In this document: piece after piece, positions 56,361 to 64,000 of the stretch
Numbering within the stretch: position 1 is the first letter of the stretch
Layout of the letters: every line of letters begins with the position of its first letter
Source of the DNA: a virus
IMG/VR virus record: IMGVR_UViG_3300034152_000478
Span: 32,001-96,000 of that record
Direction: 5' to 3' (one strand)
DNA length: 64,000 nt
Program-made: the position numbers and the translations under genes
The notes under the pieces: model-generated
Told to the model about the DNA's origin: nothing
What the model saw: the letters and a program-made list of their open reading frames with translations, nothing else
The model's database searches: none

Positions 56361-57702
56361 CGCTAAGTAATCTCCATACTCCCATGTCTCTGAAGTGTCC
56401 GCACGATTTGTCTGCTTCTACACTGACATATGAATTTGAACCAGCGCCCGCTCCATAGCGCGACTTTTCCACTACAAACATATGATTTCCCTGATCTCTA
56501 CCAAGATTCATTTCTTCTGGAGTTTTCATCAGGAATTTTACGGCAGCATCAGCCGGGTGTGTAATGCGATCGGTAATAGCGAAATCCATTTCTCGATTGA
56601 GCTGGCCGGTGACGATCATTGCAATGTTATACTTGGCAGCCAGATTGTGCAGTGCGTCTGCCTGTTTGCCAGCCGCCTCATATTCCTTGGTTCCTCTCTC
56701 ACTGTGTATTGCTTTGAAGTAGTCGTAGATAACCAGACTTCTTTTGTATTTGCCATCGTCATCAAAGCCAACTTCTTTGTTAATAAAGCGGTGCACCAAT
56801 CCAGTGATTTGCTCCACAGGCATATTACCGACGTAAGTCCAAAACAAAGGCAGCTTGGCCAGTTGCTCTTGTGCTTTCTTATATTTCCTGACTGAACTCT
56901 CTACGCGCTGCCAACGACCAGTTTCCAAATCTTCGAATCTGAGCTGAGTCATGGTGGCTATCATGCGTATTGTCTGTACTTCGTGAGGCAATTCTGTATC
57001 CAGATATAATACCGGAATACCTTTCATGGCATTATGGATAGCGGCGAACATGGACAGCAGGGATTTGCCAACGCCTGTACGCGCCCCCAGAAGCGTCACA
57101 GTGCCTCCTCGACAACCCCCACCCAAGAGCTTATCCAGGGAGGGGAAGCCCGTTGAGAGCCCTCTGACGGGCTCTGAAGCCATGAGAGCCAGTACGTCTT
57201 CAACACACTGCCCCAGGTTGTACATAGTGTCGTCTTTGACTTTGCGGGAAACAAAGTCGTATATCATCTTCTCAACAGCATACACCGAGGCCAGAGCGGT
57301 CGGGGCTTCTACCATGGCAGTTTTGGCTTTGCCGATAATATGGAGCAGCTCCCTCTTAAATGAATAATTCTTAATAATCCCAGCATAGACCAGGACATTC
57401 TCCTCATCCACTTCTTCCTTGCTCAGTTCAGTTGCAAGATTGATCGCGCTATTAGCGCCGACGCTTTTAGCATCCAGGTCGAAGCCGAGTTCTTGGCCTT
57501 TGGCTACCACACTGAGAGGTTCAACCTTGTGGTTGTTGTAGTGCAACTCTTTGATGATCTGGTAGATATCGCTATGGCACCCCGCATGGAAATCAGAATA
57601 ATCCAAATAGATATTGTCTATCTCCGCGATTAACTCAGGATGCTGGATGAGAATAGCCAAAAGAGCATGCTCTACGCCAGTGTCGTGCAGGTCTTTCTTC
57701 AT
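56332..57702 (-). CDS. dnaB: Replicative DNA helicase
   Basis: STGFPSLD, GARTGVGKS (Walker A), IYDY, QLNR, VEKSRYG. Confidence 0.92.
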   Translation of the reverse strand: MKKDLHDTGVEHALLAILIQHPELIAEIDNIYLDYSDFHAGCHSDIYQIIKELHYNNHKVEPLSVVAKGQELGFDLDAKSVGANSAINLATELSKEEVDEENVLVYAGIIKNYSFKRELLHIIGKAKTAMVEAPTALASVYAVEKMIYDFVSRKVKDDTMYNLGQCVEDVLALMASEPVRGLSTGFPSLDKLLGGGCRGGTVTLLGARTGVGKSLLSMFAAIHNAMKGIPVLYLDTELPHEVQTIRMIATMTQLRFEDLETGRWQRVESSVRKYKKAQEQLAKLPLFWTYVGNMPVEQITGLVHRFINKEVGFDDDGKYKRSLVIYDYFKAIHSERGTKEYEAAGKQADALHNLAAKYNIAMIVTGQLNREMDFAITDRITHPADAAVKFLMKTPEEMNLGRDQGNHMFVVEKSRYGAGAGSNSYVSVEADKSCGHFRDMGVWRLLSDDDQEDTQP

Positions 57703-58172
57703 CGGCGTTCACCTACCCTACGCTTTAGAATATCGCGCAGAATGCTGGCATGCATATTGATTGATACAGGCAAGCCCTCAATGCGTTCAGCCTTCATTTG
57801 ATATTCTTCCACCTTCTCTCGTAGGCCATTTAGCTCTTGATCTTTTTGACAGGCTACCAGAGCCCTCTCCTCTTTGCTTCTTCCTTCAATTTTGTGCGCC
57901 ACAAACACCTTGGCCAGTCTGTCATTATATAGCATGTTGAAGTACTTGTAGCGTGACCTTGCCTTGTTGTACTCGTTTGTGAGGAACATTGAATAGCGAG
58001 ACAGAACTAAAATAGCCTCTTCAAGTTCTGCAAGATCGATTGTTAGATAGGTCTTCTCCTCTCTGGCCATTATCTGATGTACGTAAGTCGGATCGCCAGA
58101 CACATAAACCAACGTGCGCTTAGTCCACGTCTTCAGTTCTTCACCTATTCGCTCAGACATCGAAACCTCCAC
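57699..58172 (-). CDS. Hypothetical helical protein (possibly a UvsY-like recombination mediator)
   Basis: Coiled-coil character and position between recA and dnaB; the family call is weak. Confidence 0.4.
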   Translation of the reverse strand: MEVSMSERIGEELKTWTKRTLVYVSGDPTYVHQIMAREEKTYLTIDLAELEEAILVLSRYSMFLTNEYNKARSRYKYFNMLYNDRLAKVFVAHKIEGRSKEERALVACQKDQELNGLREKVEEYQMKAERIEGLPVSINMHASILRDILKRRVGERR

Positions 58173-58560
58173 GAATTAATCCTATCACTGATGATACGTC
58201 ACGCGCCTCTGCATCCTTGATCCGTATAAGCGTAAAATCATTAAGCTCACACAGGCTTTCTTTCTTGCCATCGTTGCGCTTGTATCTTCCAAAGATTGCA
58301 GCATTCTTGTGAAAGTGCTCTACGAATTCATCATGCTGCCTGCCATCCACTTCTATCGCAATATTCAACAGTGGTATTAGAAAGTCGAAATACACACCGT
58401 CGATGTAAACCTCTGCATATATGTCCACACACGGGAACAGTTGCTGCAGGGCTTTCAGTGTCAGCCGCTGCGGACGAGACATATTGATAGCGCGTCCAGT
58501 CTCTGCCGCTTTCACCAGGCTGATATTAACTAATCTCCCGCAAGTATCCTTAAACTTCAA
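58153..58560 (-). CDS. DUF559/Vsr-like endonuclease
   Basis: FDFLIP..NIAIEVDGRQH...D..K...LIRI. Confidence 0.75.
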   Translation of the reverse strand: MKFKDTCGRLVNISLVKAAETGRAINMSRPQRLTLKALQQLFPCVDIYAEVYIDGVYFDFLIPLLNIAIEVDGRQHDEFVEHFHKNAAIFGRYKRNDGKKESLCELNDFTLIRIKDAEARDVSSVIGLIRGGFDV

Positions 58561-59551
58561 GATGCTCTTTCAGGTCTTTCATAAACTGCTGATAAAGCTC
58601 TGCGTCTTGATACAGAGCATTAACAAACCTGGCTTCACCTTGGAACTTTTGGTCGGCATATTCATACCAGGCTCCCTTGGTTTTTACCAGGTTAAACTGC
58701 ATAGCAAGATGCATCGCATCCCAACGACCATCAATACCACGTCCGTATATCAACGGAATTTCTGTCTCTTGAAACGGGGCTGCGTATCCTGTCTTCATTG
58801 TCTTTACGCGAATATAATGACCAACAGGCTTTCCACCTCCGCTTCCCTTGATTATCGTTCCACGTTTGAATCTGATTATATTATCAGAATAGAATTTGAT
58901 TGCCTCACCACCGGGGGCGCTTTCCGGGTCTCCATAGCTGACCATTTTCATGCGTATTTGATTCATGAGAATCAAAGCAACGTTGTTCTCCTCTAAGAAT
59001 CCAGCTATCTTAGGCAGAAAGGTGCTGAACAGTTTTGGTATAGGTGCATAGAAATCTTTCTCTGTGCTTTCTTTTAGCTGTGCTGAACTAATACAAGCAG
59101 GAATTGAGTCAAGGACCACAATGCTATTTGGCGACTGCTTGACGATAATCTCAATCACATCGGCTGCTTGTTGTCCGTGCTCCGGGCGAAACACTTTCCC
59201 TTCCAGCTTGCTCACATCCAGGCCGTGTATCGTCTCCAGCAATGATCGTCTCAGCCTACGCTCTTGATCAACATAATAGCCGACTATTCCTTTCTGTTGA
59301 CCCTGTGCAATAATACTGAGGCCCATTGAGGTTTTACCTGCACCATGGCTACCGAATATCTGAGTCACCCCAGGTGCTATGCCGCCACCTATAATATGGT
59401 CCAGAGAAACACTCCCCGTGCTCACCATAAACGATGGCGCAAGAGCCTCAATCGAACGAGCAATGCGCTCGCCGCACTTTTGCTTTACCAGGTCTACGAC
59501 AGCGATTGCTTCATCAATCTCGTCAGGCGTCTTCTTCCTTCGTCCCATCAC
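58550..59551 (-). CDS. recA: RecA-family recombinase
   Basis: STGSVSLD, GSHGAGKT, VVLDSI, NQIRMK..YGDPE..PGGEAIKFYS, APFQ, KGAWY. Confidence 0.93.
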   Translation of the reverse strand: MMGRRKKTPDEIDEAIAVVDLVKQKCGERIARSIEALAPSFMVSTGSVSLDHIIGGGIAPGVTQIFGSHGAGKTSMGLSIIAQGQQKGIVGYYVDQERRLRRSLLETIHGLDVSKLEGKVFRPEHGQQAADVIEIIVKQSPNSIVVLDSIPACISSAQLKESTEKDFYAPIPKLFSTFLPKIAGFLEENNVALILMNQIRMKMVSYGDPESAPGGEAIKFYSDNIIRFKRGTIIKGSGGGKPVGHYIRVKTMKTGYAAPFQETEIPLIYGRGIDGRWDAMHLAMQFNLVKTKGAWYEYADQKFQGEARFVNALYQDAELYQQFMKDLKEHLEV

Positions 59552-60077
59552 CTTCTCCTAAGTGCTGTGTAGCTTGGAAGACATTGGCTGGCTTCTGCTT
59601 CGTAGTAAGCTCTATCAGGGCTTCTTCAGCGAACGTATCTCCATTCGCATTTTCTTCTTCTGCGTTTACCAGCACTTGTTCAACTTCTTCTTCTTTGATT
59701 AGGCACTTGTATTGCTTCAATACTGGGATAATAAGTTGGAATGCAGTAATTCCTGGCTTACGTTTTATCATCCCAAACATCATTTTCTTGATTGCCAAAA
59801 ACTCATTGCGCAGACGCGACACTTTGGCCTTCTTTGTCCAGAAGTACGGCGGCACATTCTTAAATCCGTAGCGCTGCACTATTATCCATTCCGCAATAGC
59901 ATCCATAAGATACCATTCACGTTTGGGGGTTGTAATAGACCGCAGCTTTAGAGTTGTTCCGTCGCCAACTTGATTTTTAGGAGGTTCCCATCTTGGTCGC
60001 TTTGATCCCGATTTCACTTTCATAAAAAGGCTCTGCTCCTCTCTTGACTTCATTCTGTAGGAAGTGTCCATCATCAC
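59523..60077 (-). CDS. Hypothetical protein (start uncertain)
   Basis: Long ORF between genes; its 5' part overlaps the upstream ORF by ~100 nt. Confidence 0.5.
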   Translation of the reverse strand: MMMDTSYRMKSREEQSLFMKVKSGSKRPRWEPPKNQVGDGTTLKLRSITTPKREWYLMDAIAEWIIVQRYGFKNVPPYFWTKKAKVSRLRNEFLAIKKMMFGMIKRKPGITAFQLIIPVLKQYKCLIKEEEVEQVLVNAEEENANGDTFAEEALIELTTKQKPANVFQATQHLGEGDGTKEEDA

Positions 60078-60396
60078 TAAACCAAGTGCAATATGTTTTC
60101 GTCACGCCTTTTGGATGCCTGGCAGTCACCCCATAGCATTTGCGCATAGTCTGCTTGCCGGTTCTGAGTGAAGCTGCCACATCATAAAAGACAAAGAAGT
60201 AGCATTGATTGTTTCGCTTGATTTGATGCGCTTCTCCATCTTGGGAATAGACTGTCATTTTACTAACAGTCAGGCCATGCTCTATGCAGTAATCACGCAA
60301 CTCACGCCATGCGCTGATCTTGTTTTTCTCATAATGGACGCTGCCATCTGAAAGCGTGGTCTCAAAATGCACCGCTGGTACGCTGATGCTTGCCAT
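59977..60396 (-). CDS. Hypothetical protein
   Basis: 139 aa with a GGGGA RBS. Confidence 0.6.
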   Translation of the reverse strand: MASISVPAVHFETTLSDGSVHYEKNKISAWRELRDYCIEHGLTVSKMTVYSQDGEAHQIKRNNQCYFFVFYDVAASLRTGKQTMRKCYGVTARHPKGVTKTYCTWFSDDGHFLQNEVKRGAEPFYESEIGIKATKMGTS

Positions 60397-60410
60397 ATAT
60401 TCCCCCGTTG

Positions 60411-61091
60411 CTACTCAGTCTTTTTCCTGTATGCCAGGATAATCTCCCTTACTAATCCTGCTCGCATAATATCATCTTCTGTGAACTCTACGACGCCTAC
60501 TTCTCTCAGATTACGCAGGCGATCTAATGCATCTGCCATACCATTGATGTGTTTACGAATGTCCGATTGATCAAGGTCTCCGCAGATTATTATCTTCGAT
60601 CGATCATCCATTCTGGTTAATACACATTGCATCTGACTTGGCTGTGTATTTTGTGCTTCATCGACAATAACAAACGCGTTGCGGAATGTGACACCCCTCA
60701 TGAAAGCGAGAGGCATGACATGGATGATGTCTTTGTTGATTAGCTCTTCGACTACTTCCTTAGGTAGCAATTGACAGAAGTTGTCATAGATCGGCCACAT
60801 GTATGGGCTAATTTTCTCGGCGACATCTCCTGGTAGGCTCCCTAACTTTTCACCTGCGCATTCAACAGCAGGGCGAGTTACGATGATCTGTTTGACGCCA
60901 CCCTTGCCGTTTTTCAGAAAGTAGTAATCAAGCGCTTTACAAACTGCCAGAAAGGTCTTCCCCGTTCCAGCAGGCCCAAGTCCGAACACAATTCTATTCT
61001 TGTCTATTTCCTCCAGGTATGTTTGCTGTGTTTTTGTTCTCGCGTCATATTCATAGTTCGGTCTCTTTGGGGCCGACTTTTTTTTGCTCAT
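60411..61091 (-). CDS. phoH: PhoH-family ATPase
   Basis: GPAGTGKT, TRPAVE, LPGD, FMRGVTF, DEAQN, GDLDQSD. Confidence 0.95.
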   Translation of the reverse strand: MSKKKSAPKRPNYEYDARTKTQQTYLEEIDKNRIVFGLGPAGTGKTFLAVCKALDYYFLKNGKGGVKQIIVTRPAVECAGEKLGSLPGDVAEKISPYMWPIYDNFCQLLPKEVVEELINKDIIHVMPLAFMRGVTFRNAFVIVDEAQNTQPSQMQCVLTRMDDRSKIIICGDLDQSDIRKHINGMADALDRLRNLREVGVVEFTEDDIMRAGLVREIILAYRKKTE

Positions 61092-61154
61092 GCACGTACC
61101 TTCAGAATAGTACCCAATTCATGAACAGTAAACAACGAAAACAGCTTGCTTAGA

Positions 61155-61442
61155 TTAGATATCTTCTCGATATGTCTTAGTTACGTTGTCTTTGTCCAGT
61201 GTCGACGCGCCCACTCGTGGGTACGTTGCTGTCACTTCGCGGCCATCCAGTTCGACGGTGTGATCATGTTCATTCTCATTCCACACAACACCACTGGTTG
61301 GTAAAGCATCCGCTGGCCACTGCCCTGTTGGTTCAGGATCATATCCGTAGTCTTCGTCCTTGCTATGCACAGTCACATAGGCTGGCGTAGACACAGGATA
61401 TTTGTAACTATTGTAGTCTCTACTTACCCATATCTGAGGCAT
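61155..61442 (-). CDS. Hypothetical protein
   Basis: 95 aa with an AAGGAG RBS. Confidence 0.6.
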   Translation of the reverse strand: MPQIWVSRDYNSYKYPVSTPAYVTVHSKDEDYGYDPEPTGQWPADALPTSGVVWNENEHDHTVELDGREVTATYPRVGASTLDKDNVTKTYREDI

Positions 61443-61445
61443 TGT

Positions 61446-61946
61446 TCACTCCTTTGTCGTTGGTAGAGAGTTCCAAAAATCTTGAGTTTCTGCATAAATC
61501 TTGACGGCCTCCTTCAACTGTTCTGGGTTTCCACGGATAGCGTTGGGTTTTATAACAGCTTGGACCCAGATGTGAAGGTCTTCATCTTTAAGTACGTCAT
61601 CTGCGAAGTATGCTACTACTGGTTTTCCACAGTAATGAGCAAAGGCAATCTCGGTTGACGTACCAAATCCAGTATGCTGATTCAATATTGCTAATAGCAA
61701 ATCACAATCAGCGACCGCCCTAAGGTCTTGGCAGAGAACAGTTTTCGCCAACTCCTCCCAATCGTCATCGTAGCGTTTAGCCTCACTCAGGCTTTTGTAT
61801 TGGCTGTTAATATCGAAGTCGCAGGGGTCTATTAGCTTTACTGGCAAGTCTGATAATACAGCCTTCACATTCTCCCTAATCGACCTACCTCCATCCGGCG
61901 ACTTCTCAATCGCACCGGCCAGGTAGACTTTAATCATATCGTTCAC
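61446..61946 (-). CDS. Nucleoside 2-deoxyribosyltransferase-like / nucleotide N-glycosidase
   Basis: VYLAGAI, DLRAVADCD, GTSTEIAFA...GKPVV. Confidence 0.8.
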   Translation of the reverse strand: MNDMIKVYLAGAIEKSPDGGRSIRENVKAVLSDLPVKLIDPCDFDINSQYKSLSEAKRYDDDWEELAKTVLCQDLRAVADCDLLLAILNQHTGFGTSTEIAFAHYCGKPVVAYFADDVLKDEDLHIWVQAVIKPNAIRGNPEQLKEAVKIYAETQDFWNSLPTTKE

Positions 61947-62616
61947 ACTCCCTCAAATGTGGTCTAATGAATCCTCCGCAAATTTCTATTAAGCCATGCT
62001 GCCAGTCAGGCATTGCCACATAGTCCTGGACCATCTTGCACAAGCAGCCACTCTCAGCCGCTGTAATCACCTTCTTGTTGCCGAGTGTCCTGTGTTTAAT
62101 GGCAAGACGATGGCTGTGCCCTTGGACAGTAGAGACGCCGTAGCGACCCAAATTGTAGCTGCATGTGCTTTGCCCATACTTGACACCATGGAAAACGAGT
62201 ACATCCTGCTCATGGTAATACTCGCCATCTGCCACGATCTCCCAGTTCTTAGGGACTCTTAATAGTTCAGCGAAGGTGAATTCCATAAGGTCGGCAAATT
62301 CTGGGGCATTGCGCCATAGGTATTTCTGCAATCGCCGCTCGTGATTACCTTCCAAATAGACCACCTGGCAATGCTTGAGCCGCTTGGCGAACATGGCTAT
62401 AAAATCCCTGGCTTTTGCTATCTCTTCCTTAAAAAGCACCCGCTTGCTGGGATGTTTAAGAAACCTACTAATAGCATTGAAATCAACCAGGTCTCCAAGA
62501 AGTATTACCTTATAGGGACGCAATCTTGCCACAGTACGCAACGCCCACTCAACTGCTGCTGGGTCGTGGTCTGGGCAATGGGCATCACCCAGAACAATAG
62601 CTCTCTTGTTTGACAT
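61930..62616 (-). CDS. Calcineurin-like metallophosphoesterase
   Basis: GDAH, LGDLVD, EGNHE, FHG, GHSH. Confidence 0.88.
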   Translation of the reverse strand: MSNKRAIVLGDAHCPDHDPAAVEWALRTVARLRPYKVILLGDLVDFNAISRFLKHPSKRVLFKEEIAKARDFIAMFAKRLKHCQVVYLEGNHERRLQKYLWRNAPEFADLMEFTFAELLRVPKNWEIVADGEYYHEQDVLVFHGVKYGQSTCSYNLGRYGVSTVQGHSHRLAIKHRTLGNKKVITAAESGCLCKMVQDYVAMPDWQHGLIEICGGFIRPHLRECERYD

Positions 62617-62630
62617 GTAGTGAACCTCTG

Positions 62631-62927
62631 TTAGTCTTGACCTTTTTCAATCGTCTTCACATCATCACGTCGTTTTACTGCGATGTGAAACTTCTTGTTA
62701 GGCTTCATCTGGTCAGGCATTGGGCCAACATTCGGGTCCCATGTATCATTCCCCAGCTCTTCCTGGGTAGGCTTTTGGGGCTCTGCCTTATCTCCAGCAA
62801 TCAGGGTCAAAATCGATCGCAATTCAGCTACTTCCTCTCTTAGGGTTGCTACTTCTTCTTCCAGTTCATCTAACTTTTTTAGTCTCTTTTGCACTGCGGT
62901 TGCACTGATAATGTTCCTCTTAGCCAT
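62631..62927 (-). CDS. Hypothetical coiled-coil protein
   Basis: 98 aa; TAATG coupling. Confidence 0.55.
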   Translation of the reverse strand: MAKRNIISATAVQKRLKKLDELEEEVATLREEVAELRSILTLIAGDKAEPQKPTQEELGNDTWDPNVGPMPDQMKPNKKFHIAVKRRDDVKTIEKGQD

Positions 62928-63757
62928 TAAGTTCCTCCGAGAATCTTCTTTCCTAACTCAACTTGCTTAAGCTCTTTAATTATCGATGTTACAGGAATTA
63001 CGCCTGCAACAAAATATCCTGGGTCCCATGTGATAACTGCGAGACCGATTAGTTTGCCAGTCTTCTTGTCGTATACTCCAGCTCCAGACACCCCACCAAC
63101 CAAATCCATAGTGATCAATATGGTGTCTATATACTTTCCTATATGGCTGTCTTGATGTCGACAATTAAACCGGGCAACATTGCCTGACAAATATACTGGT
63201 GGGAGACCATAAGGACAACCAATACAGAATGTCTCTTCTCCCACTCTTATATTATCAAACTCTTTTACTGTAGCCAACTCAATAGTCGGCATATTAAGCA
63301 AGAGCTTGGTTGGTTTCTTGACTGACAATTTCAGTATTGCCAGGTCGTTTTGCTCAAATCTCAGCCAGCCTTGACATTTGTAGTCTTCATGGCCCGTTCT
63401 TCTATCGCTTCGATCATACTGCCAGCAACACAGCTTCATTTCGACATTGCGAATATGTCTGTATTTCCCTACTTTGACTAAGCCCAGATCAACTACATCC
63501 TTCTGGCGTGTAATATGATCCGCCGTTAGGAAGTATAAGACTAATACCCCGTCTTTCGTAGTCTCTTTGTAAATACACGTTGCTGTACCACAATTGCCGG
63601 TTTGTATGTTGGTGGCCTTAACGACAGCTTGTAATACGAGCTGTGAATGTGGTCGAAAGTTAGGTTTCTGAGTTGTTACCTGCGGACATTCCTGACAACA
63701 GGACATAAGTAATAGAACCGGCACCACCAATCCAATGGCCAGGTGCTTGGCTATCAT
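62927..63757 (-). CDS. Trypsin-like serine protease with a lipoprotein-type signal peptide
   Basis: Signal/lipobox ..VLLLMSC; catalytic triad motifs LTADH, NDLAIL, GGVSGAGVY. Confidence 0.8.
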   Translation of the reverse strand: MIAKHLAIGLVVPVLLLMSCCQECPQVTTQKPNFRPHSQLVLQAVVKATNIQTGNCGTATCIYKETTKDGVLVLYFLTADHITRQKDVVDLGLVKVGKYRHIRNVEMKLCCWQYDRSDRRTGHEDYKCQGWLRFEQNDLAILKLSVKKPTKLLLNMPTIELATVKEFDNIRVGEETFCIGCPYGLPPVYLSGNVARFNCRHQDSHIGKYIDTILITMDLVGGVSGAGVYDKKTGKLIGLAVITWDPGYFVAGVIPVTSIIKELKQVELGKKILGGT

Positions 63758-63984
63758 TTAACTTCCTTTCGATAGGGACATTGTCGCACGTCACTAACTT
63801 TCCATGCGTTGTTTTTAGTGTACATGACATAGCAGGCGTGCTTTTTGTACGTACATTCATAGCCTTGATCGAAGCAGTGTTTCGGGCTATCTTTTAGCAC
63901 CGCTCGTACTAAGTCTACGAGGGTGTGTAATAGCCCTATGTCTTCTGGATTAAGATGATTCTTGCGCTTCAAGAACAAGCGCAA
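63754..63984 (-). CDS. Hypothetical Cys-containing protein (start uncertain near the window edge)
   Basis: 76-aa ORF; ATGA coupling to the protease gene. Confidence 0.45.
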   Translation of the reverse strand: MRLFLKRKNHLNPEDIGLLHTLVDLVRAVLKDSPKHCFDQGYECTYKKHACYVMYTKNNAWKVSDVRQCPYRKEVK

Positions 63985-64000
63985 CAGATTGATCGCTACT

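Noticed and set aside
49942-57702. Inteins or introns in dnaE or dnaB
   Set aside because: Lengths are normal and no splicing or LAGLIDADG motifs were seen; DnaE has only a short charged helical insertion.
101-63860. Numerous short overlapping or antisense ORFs in the ORF track
   Set aside because: They lie inside longer, well-supported genes and show no recognisable motifs; treated as shadow ORFs.
1-64000. Stop-codon reassignment
   Set aside because: Genes are long and intact in code 11. TAG and TGA stops are mostly followed directly by an RBS or start, or form ATGA overlaps.
1-64000. tRNA genes, CRISPR arrays, integrase, IS elements
   Set aside because: Intergenic gaps are short. No cloverleaf, repeat-spacer array or recombinase/transposase motif was seen.

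Overview
This window is part of a large tailed dsDNA phage genome, probably a long-tailed siphovirus: it has a tube gene and a 2220-aa tape measure gene but no sheath gene. It uses genetic code 11 and the host cannot be determined from the sequence. Two blocks converge. The + strand (1-38674) holds virion genes: fibres/adhesins, neck, major tail protein, duplicated chaperone-like genes, tape measure and many tail-tip paralogues. The - strand (38717-64000) holds replication and metabolism genes: DnaE, SSB, primase, DnaB, RecA, Cas4/RecB-like nuclease, PhoH, Dam-type methylase, a phosphoribosyltransferase, a UDP-xylose synthase-like enzyme, and three glycosyltransferase genes with six GT domains. 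The main observation is that predicted surface-exposed virion proteins are strongly enriched in the dipeptide Ser-Gly. About 40-50% of serines are followed by Gly in the proteins I counted by hand, using both TCN and AGY codons. The internal tape measure protein and the cytoplasmic proteins I checked are not enriched. Together with the adjacent nucleotide-sugar and glycosyltransferase cluster, this suggests a phage-encoded, Ser-Gly-sequon-directed, proteoglycan-like glycan coat on the virion. This is a hypothesis and is untested. Also found: two related promoter-like motif classes, a candidate RNA switch ahead of the giant glycosyltransferase gene, a long intergenic hairpin, and a candidate -1 frameshift. 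All annotations come from motif recognition by eye; no database searches were run.
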